50,261 nucleotides of DNA, taken from an uncultured bacterium. Its GTDB lineage: Bacteria; Verrucomicrobiota; Kiritimatiellia; PWTM01. Below the pieces are notes generated by a model, which saw nothing but the letters and a program-made list of their open reading frames with translations, made no database searches and was not told the origin of the DNA. Shown piece after piece: positions 1-8,007 of the stretch (position 1 is its first letter; each line of letters starts with the position of its first letter). The position numbers and the translations under genes were made by a program. The DNA lies in NCBI GenBank assembly GCA_937935255.1, contig CALGXT010000069.1:1-50261 (forward strand), given 5' to 3'.

Positions 1-99
1 AGGTCGGCGCGAGAGCGCACGTAGGGCCCGAGCTTGCTCGAGCCGCGGAGGGCGCGGTCTTCGTTCCGCGCCGCCTTGCGGCGGTTCGCGGCGGCGAGG
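1..99. repeat. ~97-99 bp imperfect direct repeat, copy 1 (may extend beyond the window edge); contains a GTAG-REP at 21-47
   Basis: aggtcggcgcgagagcgcacgtag...gcggcgagg at 1-99 recurs, with substitutions, at 496-592. Confidence 0.85.
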
Positions 100-213
100 G
101 GATTCGCCGCCCTAGCCGCCGATGCACGGATTGACGCATGGATAACGAATTGGGGACAGAGACCGGCGACGGCATTAGGGACAGAGAAGCAGGCCCGTAT
201 TCTCCCGCGGGAC

Positions 214-241
214 TGTATCACACTTCGCGAAGTGTGATACA
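214..241. repeat. Perfect 28-bp palindrome (TCACAC...GTGTGA family)
   Basis: tgtatcacacttcg|cgaagtgtgataca; flanked by 12-bp inverted repeats agggacagagaa (177-188) and ttctctgtccct (274-285). Confidence 0.9.
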
Positions 242-321
242 CCGCCGGAAAACCGGACGAGAGCGGGCTCTGTTTCTCTGTCCCTTCGCTTCGGTCCCTT
301 CGCTTCGCCGATTCTTTCGGG

Positions 322-404
322 CGCGGCCGGGCGAGCCGCCCGGCCCTACCCGCGACCGAGATAGCGGAAGGGAAAACATAGGGATCGAGCTTGCTCGATC
401 CGCG
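322..404. repeat. Inverted pair of GTAG-type REP hairpins (REPIN-like)
   Basis: Minus strand gtagggccgggcggctcgcccggccgcg (322-349); plus strand atagggatcgagcttgctcgatccgcg (378-404). Confidence 0.75.
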
Positions 405-425
405 GACGGCCGGGCATCGAAGGGA

Positions 426-469
426 CAGAGAACGATTCCAGAGAACGATTCCAGAGAACGATTCCAGAG
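426..469. repeat. 13-bp tandem repeat (cagagaacgattc) x3.4
   Basis: Directly visible; starts inside the gggacagaga motif at 422-431. Confidence 0.9.
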
Positions 470-495
470 GAAAATATTGAAGAGTCGCGGGTCGG

Positions 496-592
496 AGGTC
501 GGCGCGAGAGCGCACGTAGAGCTCGAGCTTGCGCGAGCCGCGGACGGCGGACTCCGTTCCGCGCCGCCTTGCGGTGGTTCACGGCGGCGAGG
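496..592. repeat. Imperfect direct repeat, copy 2; contains a GTAG-REP at 516-542
   Basis: Matches 1-99. Confidence 0.85.
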
Positions 593-957
593 CGGAACGG
601 GGACATAGAACATGAATTTATGGACAGGAATTCACAAGAAGCTATCCATCATTGTAATGCAGCGGAATTAGGGACGAAGTTAGAGGCAGGAACTCTCAAA
701 AGTCGGGTTGATTCGGAACTTTGACTCCATGCCGGGCGCCGTCGCAGGGCCGTTGTATATGGGGATTTTGCATCGAGTCGAAACAAGGCCCTTTTCTTCG
801 TCCTTGTTGTATCCCGTTGTCTCTCGCGGGCGGATGAGCGCGAGCAACGAAGCGCCGGATTTGGAATTGTCATCCGGCGTTCGTGTCGTTATATGTAAGC
901 GCTTCATTGGCTTCGCGCGCGGGCGCGAGCGGGAATCAACGGGAGCGAGAGCACTAC

Positions 958-2991
958 ATGAAAGATATGCCGGTCGCCCAGGTCCGAAATTTCGCGTTAT
1001 TGGGTCACACGGGAAGCGGCAAGACCGCCTTGTTGGACGCGCTGCTTTTCAAGCTCGGCGTCAACGACCGCCACGGCAGTCCGGAGAACGGCACGAGCGT
1101 CGCGGACTGGACGGAGGAGGAGCGCGAACGCAAAATTTCCATTTGGGCCAAACCGTTCGATGCGCGCTTCACGCCGGCGGGCGGCGCGGCGCATCGTCTC
1201 GTCATCGCCGACACCCCCGGTTATGCGGATTTCGTCGGGCAGGCCATTTCCGCCGCCGCCGTCGCGGATTTGGGTGTTGTGGTAATTGACGCCGTCGCCG
1301 GCATCCAGGTCGGCACACACCGCGCGTGGCGGCAGTGCGAACAACGAAAGCTCCCGAGGGCCATCGTCATCACCGGCATTGACCGTGAGAACGCCGACTT
1401 CGATACCGCCGCCAATGCGGCGATCGGTTTATGGGGATCGCGCTGCATTCCGGCGACCTTTCCGAACGCCGCGCGGACGAAGATCATTGACGTCCTGGCG
1501 GCGGCGCCGGAAGCCGAGGGCGGGGAACGCGCCGCCGAATTGCGGAGCCGTCTGATCGAGGCCGCCGCGGAAACGGACGACGCGCTGGTCGAAAAATATT
1601 TGGGCGGCGAGGAACTCTCCGCGGCGGAGATCGCGAAGGGGTTGCGCGCCGCCGTTGCCGGCGGCGTTCTGACCCCGATGTTCGCGGTCTCCGCCAAGAC
1701 GATGGTCGGCCTGCCGGAGCTGCTCGACAACATCGTGCGCCTGTTTCCTTCTCCCCTCGAGCGCGCCGTTTCGGACGCGGAGGGGAAAACCGTGGATCCC
1801 GCGCCGACGGCGCCGTTCGCGGGCTTCGTTTGGCGCTCCATCCTGGACCCCTTTGTGGGTCAACTCTCGCTGGTGCGGGTGTATGGCGGAACCCTGCGTT
1901 CCGACTCGGAGATCTTCAACGCCTCCAAGCAGCAAAAAGAGCGCGTCGGCGCCTTTTACTTCCTGAACGGCAAGAAGCAGGATCCGGCGCCGGAGGCGCA
2001 CGCCGGGGATATTGTGGCCATTCCGAAACTCAAGCACACGGGGTTGAACGACACCCTCTGCGCGCCGGGTTCGACTTTCCGTTTCGCGCCGATTTTGTTC
2101 CCGAACCCCGTGATGACGTTCGCCGTGAGCTGTAAGACGCAGGGCGACGAGGACAAGCTTTCCATCGGGTTGCGCCGCGCCGCCGACGAAGACCCGACCT
2201 TGCGCGTGGAACGCAACACGGAGACGCACGAACTGACGATCTCCGGCATGGGCGACGTGCAACTGCAAGTCGCCGTCGAAAACATGCGCAAGCACAACAA
2301 GGTCGAGGTCGAATTGCACACGCCGAAGGTCGCCTACAAAGAGACCATCACCGCGCGCGGCGAGGGCCACTACAAACACAAGAAACAGTCCGGCGGCCGC
2401 GGGCAGTACGGCGAGGTCTATCTGCGCGTGGAGCCGAGGGCGCCCGGCGACGAGGAGTGGTTTGTGGACGCGATCGTCGGCGGGGCGATTCCCGGCAACT
2501 TCGTTCCGGCGGTGCAAAAAGGCGTGGTCGAGGGCCTGCAACGCGGCGCCCTGGCCGGCTATCCCGTCATCAACGTCAAAATCACCGTCTATGACGGCTC
2601 TTACCATGACGTGGACTCCTCGGAAATCGCGTTCAAAATCGCGGCGGAGCGGGCGCTGCGCGACGGCCTCTCCAAGGCGCGCCCCGTGCTGCTCGAGCCG
2701 ATTATGAAGTTGACCATCCAGGCGCCCGATCAGTGCATGGGCGACGTCACCGGCGACCTCAATCATCGGCGCGGGCGGATTTTGGGAATGGATTCGCAGG
2801 ACGGTCTGCAGATCATCGTCGCGGAAGTCCCGCAGGCGGAAGTCTTCCAATACTCCTCGCAGCTGCGGAGCATGACGGGCGGACGGGGGTCGTTCGATCT
2901 GGAATTCTCGCGAATGGACACGGTGCCTTCGAACATCGCGCAACGCATCATCGCCGAAGCGCAGAAACACAAACAGGAAGAGGAAGAATAA
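958..2991 (+). CDS. fusA: Elongation factor G-like protein (EF-G2/FusA2-type paralog)
   Basis: GHTGSGKT P-loop, DTPG, GMGDVQL, HKKQSGGRGQYG, DGSYHDVDSSEIAF, LRSMTGGRG; ATG 958 follows gggag. Confidence 0.93.
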   Translation: MKDMPVAQVRNFALLGHTGSGKTALLDALLFKLGVNDRHGSPENGTSVADWTEEERERKISIWAKPFDARFTPAGGAAHRLVIADTPGYADFVGQAISAAAVADLGVVVIDAVAGIQVGTHRAWRQCEQRKLPRAIVITGIDRENADFDTAANAAIGLWGSRCIPATFPNAARTKIIDVLAAAPEAEGGERAAELRSRLIEAAAETDDALVEKYLGGEELSAAEIAKGLRAAVAGGVLTPMFAVSAKTMVGLPELLDNIVRLFPSPLERAVSDAEGKTVDPAPTAPFAGFVWRSILDPFVGQLSLVRVYGGTLRSDSEIFNASKQQKERVGAFYFLNGKKQDPAPEAHAGDIVAIPKLKHTGLNDTLCAPGSTFRFAPILFPNPVMTFAVSCKTQGDEDKLSIGLRRAADEDPTLRVERNTETHELTISGMGDVQLQVAVENMRKHNKVEVELHTPKVAYKETITARGEGHYKHKKQSGGRGQYGEVYLRVEPRAPGDEEWFVDAIVGGAIPGNFVPAVQKGVVEGLQRGALAGYPVINVKITVYDGSYHDVDSSEIAFKIAAERALRDGLSKARPVLLEPIMKLTIQAPDQCMGDVTGDLNHRRGRILGMDSQDGLQIIVAEVPQAEVFQYSSQLRSMTGGRGSFDLEFSRMDTVPSNIAQRIIAEAQKHKQEEEE

Positions 2992-3048
2992 GCCGCCCCG
3001 CGGCCGGCCGTTCCGGCCGGGGACGCGCGCATTCACAGGAATCAGCCT

Positions 3049-3804
3049 ATGAGCGGTCACAGTAAATGGGCCAACATCAAGCATAAAAAAGAAGCGGCGG
3101 ACGCCCGCAAGGGGAAGATTTTCAGCAAGCTGGCGCGCGAAATCATGATCGCGGCCCGCGCCGGCGGCGATCCCGCCGGCAATATCACCCTGCGCTCGCT
3201 GCTGCAGAAAGCGCGCTCCGTCAATATGCCGGCGGACAATATCGAACGGGCCATCAAGAAAGGCACCGGCGAACTGGCGGCGGAGAACCTCGAGGAGAAA
3301 ATGTTCGAGGGCTTCGGCCCCGGCGGCATCTCCGTCATCGTCCACGCGCTCACCGACAACCACAACCGCACCACCGCGGATGTGCGGCTGGTCTTCAACC
3401 GCCACGGGGCCAACCTCGCCCAACTCGGCAGCGTCAGCCGGAGTTTCAAGCGCAAGGGCCAGATTGTCGTGGATGCCGGCAAAGTCGAAGAGGATCGCCT
3501 CATGGAGATCGTCCTCGATGCGGGCGCGGAGGACCTCGCCCGCGAGGGCGATCGCTTCGTCGTGACCTCGGACCCGAGCGCCCACAACAATGTGGTCGAA
3601 GCGCTCGCCAAGGCGGGCATTCCCACCGAGAGCGCGGAAATCACCATGGTTCCCGACGTCTATGTCGCCGTCACCGACAAGGCCCAGGCGGCGAGCATCC
3701 TCAAGTTCATTGACGCGCTCGAAGATCTCGACGACGTGCAGAACGTGTACACGAATCTCGACGTGGACGACGCGCTGATGGAGCAGATTCAGGCGGAGGC
3801 GTGA
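3049..3804 (+). CDS. yebC: YebC/PmpR (TACO1) family protein
   Basis: MSGHSKWANIKHKK, EGFGPGG, TDNHNRT, LEDLDDVQNVYTN. Confidence 0.96.
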   Translation: MSGHSKWANIKHKKEAADARKGKIFSKLAREIMIAARAGGDPAGNITLRSLLQKARSVNMPADNIERAIKKGTGELAAENLEEKMFEGFGPGGISVIVHALTDNHNRTTADVRLVFNRHGANLAQLGSVSRSFKRKGQIVVDAGKVEEDRLMEIVLDAGAEDLAREGDRFVVTSDPSAHNNVVEALAKAGIPTESAEITMVPDVYVAVTDKAQAASILKFIDALEDLDDVQNVYTNLDVDDALMEQIQAEA

Positions 3805-3807
3805 TCC

Positions 3808-4311
3808 GTGCCGGCCACTCCGCGGCGCATCCTCGGCATTGACCCCTCGCTGCGGGCGACCGGATTGGCGGTCATTGAAACGACGGGCGCGCGCGCGACG
3901 GTGACGCGGCGCGCGACGGTTCGGATTCCGGCGGCCTGGCCGCACTCCCGCGCTCTGCTTCGGTTGCGGCAGGCCGTCGAGGCGTGTCTGGCGGAAGAGA
4001 CGCCCGCGGCCGCGGCGATCGAAAGTCCGTTTTTCAGCCGAAACGCGCGGACCGCGCTGGCGTTGGGCGAGGCGCGCGGCGTGATCATCGCCGCCTGCGC
4101 CGCCGCGGGCGTGCCGGTCTTCGAATACGCCCCGCGCGCCGTGAAGCGCGCCGTGACCGGACGCGGCGCGGCGCCCAAAGAACAGGTGCAACGGATGATT
4201 CGGGCGCTCACCGGCTACGAAGGCGAGGCGACGGAAGATGAGACCGACGCCATCGCCGCCGCGCTCTGTCACGCCCACCGGCGCGCGGGCGACGCGGGAA
4301 GGGAGGTCTGA
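3808..4311 (+). CDS. ruvC: Holliday junction resolvase RuvC
   Basis: ILGIDPSLRATG, AIESPF, LGEARG, VKRAVTGRGAAPKEQV, DAIAAALCH; usual yebC-ruvC order. Confidence 0.93.
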   Translation: MPATPRRILGIDPSLRATGLAVIETTGARATVTRRATVRIPAAWPHSRALLRLRQAVEACLAEETPAAAAIESPFFSRNARTALALGEARGVIIAACAAAGVPVFEYAPRAVKRAVTGRGAAPKEQVQRMIRALTGYEGEATEDETDAIAAALCHAHRRAGDAGREV

Positions 4312-4340
4312 CGCGCCGTCCGCCGCCGGCGCCGAACCGC

Positions 4341-5528
4341 ATGAAAATCCTCCAGCGCTATATCGCCCGCGATTATCTGCTCACGTTCGGGCTGACCGCG
4401 GCGGTCTTCACGTTCGTGATGAGCGTCGCGTCGTTGAAACCCGTCATTGATTTCATCTCGCGCGGCGCCTCCGGCGCGGTGGTGCTGCGCTGGTTTCTGT
4501 TGAACATTCCCTTTCTGCTGCAATTCACCGTCCCGATGAGCGCCTTGACCGCCGCGCTGTTGACCTTCAGCCGGCTTTCCCTCGATGGCGAAATCACCGC
4601 GATGCGGGCGTGCGGCCTTCGGCTGGCCGATCTTTCCGCGCCGGCGCTGGGGTGCGCCGCCGGCATCGCGCTCCTCGCCGGCTGGATCGCCAACTGGGCC
4701 GCGCCGACCGCCCACCTTGCGCAACGCCACGCGCTGGCGCGACTCTCGGACACCGATCCGCTGGCCTTGATCGAGGAAGGCAAGTTTGTGCGCGAATTTC
4801 CCGACCTGCTGGTGTATGTCGGCAAGAAGAGCGGGGGACGTCTCTACGATATTGAGGTGTATGATTTTCGCGAAGCGCCCGCGCGCACCCATCTGCGCGC
4901 GCGCTCGGGCGAGATCGCGTACGACCGTCCCTCCAAGCGCCTCTCGATTCGCCTGCGCGACGTGCGGGTCGAACGCCGGCAGCCGGCGGCGGAAGACCGC
5001 GCGGCGCGAACCGAAATGGCCGCCTTCGAGGAGTATCCGATGGACGTGGACTTGCGCGAACTGTTGCGCGAGGGCGCGGTGCGCAAAAAAACCTCCGATT
5101 ACACGCTGCTCGAACTCTGGGAGGCGACGCGCAGCCTCGCGCGGCTGACCCTCAGTCTCCGCCACGAAACGCGGCACCAGGCGGACGCCGTTCCCGCCGA
5201 GACGGCGAAGGCCAACCTGCGGCCGCTGCTTCGAGATTTCGCCCGCGAACGGATGCGTCGGCTGGTTGAATTGAACAATCGGTTCGCTCTCGCCGCCGGC
5301 TGTTTCGCCTTCACGCTGATCGGCGTGCCGCTCGGCATCCGGTCCAAGCGGAGGGAGAACTCGGTCGGGGTGCTGCTGAGCCTCGCGGTGATGTTCGTGT
5401 ATTACCTTTTCATGATCGTTGCCCGCGAACTGGTGGATCACGGCGAGTGGCGCCCCGACCTGTTGCCGTGGATTCCGATCGTCGGCGCGCAAATCGCCGG
5501 CTTCATTTACCTGCATCGGGCCGGTTGA
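4341..5528 (+). CDS. LptF/LptG family LPS export permease
   Basis: MKILQRYI, RLSLDGEITAMRACG, LIGVPLGIRSKRRE; 3+3 TM layout around a periplasmic domain. Confidence 0.88.
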   Translation: MKILQRYIARDYLLTFGLTAAVFTFVMSVASLKPVIDFISRGASGAVVLRWFLLNIPFLLQFTVPMSALTAALLTFSRLSLDGEITAMRACGLRLADLSAPALGCAAGIALLAGWIANWAAPTAHLAQRHALARLSDTDPLALIEEGKFVREFPDLLVYVGKKSGGRLYDIEVYDFREAPARTHLRARSGEIAYDRPSKRLSIRLRDVRVERRQPAAEDRAARTEMAAFEEYPMDVDLRELLREGAVRKKTSDYTLLELWEATRSLARLTLSLRHETRHQADAVPAETAKANLRPLLRDFARERMRRLVELNNRFALAAGCFAFTLIGVPLGIRSKRRENSVGVLLSLAVMFVYYLFMIVARELVDHGEWRPDLLPWIPIVGAQIAGFIYLHRAG

Positions 5529-5610
5529 CCGAAAGCCGGCGCTTTGCTTTCGCGGCGGTTTGCACTACAGTGGCCGGAAACCGCGCGATAGACCGAGCCG
5601 AAAAACTCCC

Positions 5611-6630
5611 ATGATTTCGTCCGATTCGCTCCTGATCGAAGCCCGCGACTTGGTCAAAGTTTTCCGGGACTTCTGGGGCCGCCCGCGCGTGCGCGCCGTG
5701 GAGGGCCTCTCGTTCGTCGTGCGCCGCGGAGAGGTGTTCGGTCTGCTCGGCCCGAACGGATCGGGAAAGAGCACGACGATCAAACTGCTGCTCGGTCTTC
5801 TGCACCCCACCCGCGGACGGCTCCGCGTGCTCGACCGCTCGCCGCGGGATATCCGGGTCAAGGCGCGCATCGGTTATCTGCCGGAGGAGTCCTACCTCTA
5901 TCCGTTCCTCACCCCGGAGGAGACCCTCGATTTTTATGGACGGCTGTTCGGGCTCAGGGCCCGCGAGCGGCGGCGGCGCACGAATGACCTCCTCGAAATG
6001 ATCGGACTCGTCCACGCCCGGCGGCGTCCCGTGGGCGACTTTTCCAAAGGCATGGCGCGCCGCGTCGGCCTGGCCCAGGCGCTCATCAACGATCCCGACC
6101 TCGTGATCCTCGACGAGCCGACCTCAGGCCTCGATCCGATCGGCTGCCGGCAGATGAAGGATTTGCTGCTGACGCTGGCTCGCCGCGGCAAAACCGTCGT
6201 CCTCTCCTCGCACTTGCTGGCCGACGTCGAGGATGTGTGCGACCGGGTGGCGATTCTCTACAACGGACGAATGCAAGCGGAAGGTCCGATCGCGACGCTG
6301 TTGGAGGAACAGCACGTCACCCGTTTGACGCTTCCTCCTTCGACGCCGCCGGCGGCGGTGGCCCAAATTCTGGAGGCGGCGCGGGCGGTCCTCGGCGGCG
6401 AACCGAACGTGGACCATCCCCGCCGGGACCTCGAGGCATTCTTCCTCGACGTGATCGCCAAGGCGCGCGCGTCCGCCGCCGGCGCCTCCGGCGCCGCCGA
6501 GGGCCGCGCCGTCGCCCGCTACCTGGCCGAAAATGATCCCGCGAAGCGCTCGGTCGAACCTCCCCCGGACGCCCGCGAACGGCTCCGCCGCTTGACGACG
6601 CCGTCCGAGCCTCTGCCGCCCCCCGCATGA
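5611..6630 (+). CDS. ABC transporter ATP-binding protein (PilH/XapD-like)
   Basis: GPNGSGKST, FSKGM signature, LVILDEPTSGLDP, SSH; ATG 5611 taken as start. Confidence 0.92.
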   Translation: MISSDSLLIEARDLVKVFRDFWGRPRVRAVEGLSFVVRRGEVFGLLGPNGSGKSTTIKLLLGLLHPTRGRLRVLDRSPRDIRVKARIGYLPEESYLYPFLTPEETLDFYGRLFGLRARERRRRTNDLLEMIGLVHARRRPVGDFSKGMARRVGLAQALINDPDLVILDEPTSGLDPIGCRQMKDLLLTLARRGKTVVLSSHLLADVEDVCDRVAILYNGRMQAEGPIATLLEEQHVTRLTLPPSTPPAAVAQILEAARAVLGGEPNVDHPRRDLEAFFLDVIAKARASAAGASGAAEGRAVARYLAENDPAKRSVEPPPDARERLRRLTTPSEPLPPPA

Positions 6631-7994
6631 GCCGCGCGCTGGCCATCGCCGGATTGTCGCTTCGCCAGGCGGTTCGTTCCCGCGCCCTGGCGGTTTTGGT
6701 GATTCTGCTGTTTCTTTGCGTCACCGCGCTGCCGTTGACGATCCGCGGCGACGGCACGTTGAGCGGGCAGGCGCAGATTCTTTTGTCCTACACGCTCGGC
6801 TTCGCAACGCTCATTCTTACGATCGCGGGCGTATGGGCGGGCTGCGCGGCCGTCTCCGGCGAAGTGCGGGGCCGGCAGATACAGCTACTGGTCGTCAAGC
6901 CGATCCGCCCGCTGGAAATCTGGATGGGAAAGTGGATCGGCCTCATGGCGCTCAACGGGCTGCTCCTGTTCCTCGCCGGGGCCCTGGTGTACGGAATGCT
7001 CCTGTGGACCACTCGTCCGGAGGCGCTCGATGCCGATCAGCGCCGCCGTCTGCGCGAGGAGATTCTCGTCGCCCGCGCGGTGGCGCGGCCGGACGAATCG
7101 GGATTGGAGGAGGAAGCGCGCGCCGCGTTGGAAAGCGAGCGCGCGGCGGGGCGGTTGCCGGCGGAGGCCGATCCGCAATCGGCGTACCAGACGCTGCTTC
7201 GCCTCCGGCGGCTTCATTTCTACAGCGTGCCGCCGGGCGGCGTCGGCGAATGGCGCATCCGTCTGCCCGCGCCGCCCGCGCCCGATCGTCCGATCTTTCT
7301 CCACTTTCGCTTCTCGAAGTCCGCCATGGATTTGGAAGCCATCGCGGGCCAATGGTATTTCGGCAGCGCGACCGAGGCGCGCTTGGGAACGGTCGGCGCC
7401 TGGCCGCCCGAATCCCCCCAGACGCTGCCGGTGCCGCCGGCGCCGTTTCTCGGCGAACGCGAGATGCGCATTGCGTTCGCCAACACCGATCCCTCCGGCG
7501 CGACAATCTTCTTTTCGCCGGACGGCGGCCTCGAGGTGTTGATGCGCCGCGGCGGTTTTGCCGCCAATTACGCGAGGGCCGGATTGCTGCTCTTCATCCA
7601 GCTGGCCTTCCTTTCCGCCGTCGGGCTCGCCGCCGGATCGCTGTTTTCCATGCCGGTCGCGGCGTTTGTCTCCCTGTCGTTCGTCATCGTCGCGCGCGCC
7701 GCGCCCTATATCGGGGCCATGGCCGAGCAACGCCGCTATTTCAGCGACGCCCCCGGCGCGGGTCTCGCCGCCACGGCGTTGGACGCGGCGCTGCGCGTCG
7801 TTTTTCGGATGTTGCGCGCGGCGCTGGCGCCGCTGCGGTTGCCGGACGCGCTCGATCTGCTCGCCGGCGGGCGGTGGATTCCCTGGAGCGCCGTGCTCTC
7901 CGCCGCCGCCTCGCACTTGGCGCTCTACGGCGGCTTGCTCGCCCTGCTGTGCGCCGCGGCGCTGCGCCGCCGCGAACTGGGATTGCCGGAATGA
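6627..7994 (+). CDS. ABC-2 type permease with a large extracytoplasmic insert (PilI-like)
   Basis: Multiple TMs; EVRGRQIQLLVVKPIRPLEIWMGKWIG permease motif; ATGA overlap with the ATPase gene. Confidence 0.8.
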   Translation: MSRALAIAGLSLRQAVRSRALAVLVILLFLCVTALPLTIRGDGTLSGQAQILLSYTLGFATLILTIAGVWAGCAAVSGEVRGRQIQLLVVKPIRPLEIWMGKWIGLMALNGLLLFLAGALVYGMLLWTTRPEALDADQRRRLREEILVARAVARPDESGLEEEARAALESERAAGRLPAEADPQSAYQTLLRLRRLHFYSVPPGGVGEWRIRLPAPPAPDRPIFLHFRFSKSAMDLEAIAGQWYFGSATEARLGTVGAWPPESPQTLPVPPAPFLGEREMRIAFANTDPSGATIFFSPDGGLEVLMRRGGFAANYARAGLLLFIQLAFLSAVGLAAGSLFSMPVAAFVSLSFVIVARAAPYIGAMAEQRRYFSDAPGAGLAATALDAALRVVFRMLRAALAPLRLPDALDLLAGGRWIPWSAVLSAAASHLALYGGLLALLCAAALRRRELGLPE

Positions 7995-8007
7995 CGGAGA
8001 AAGGGCC

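Noticed and set aside
138-608. 156-aa ORF with PAGLYHTSR, faintly like a RAYT N-terminus
   Set aside because: The motif is just the translation of the 28-bp palindrome and its flank. No HUH or catalytic Tyr motif follows, and the ORF runs through repeats.
1429-4278. 949-aa minus-strand ORF, and similar long antisense ORFs (7741-9519, 11607-13355, 17995-19668, 26061-27794, 30103-32820, 34174-35745)
   Set aside because: They shadow well-supported genes on the opposite strand. This is expected from high-GC codon bias, and they show no recognisable motifs.
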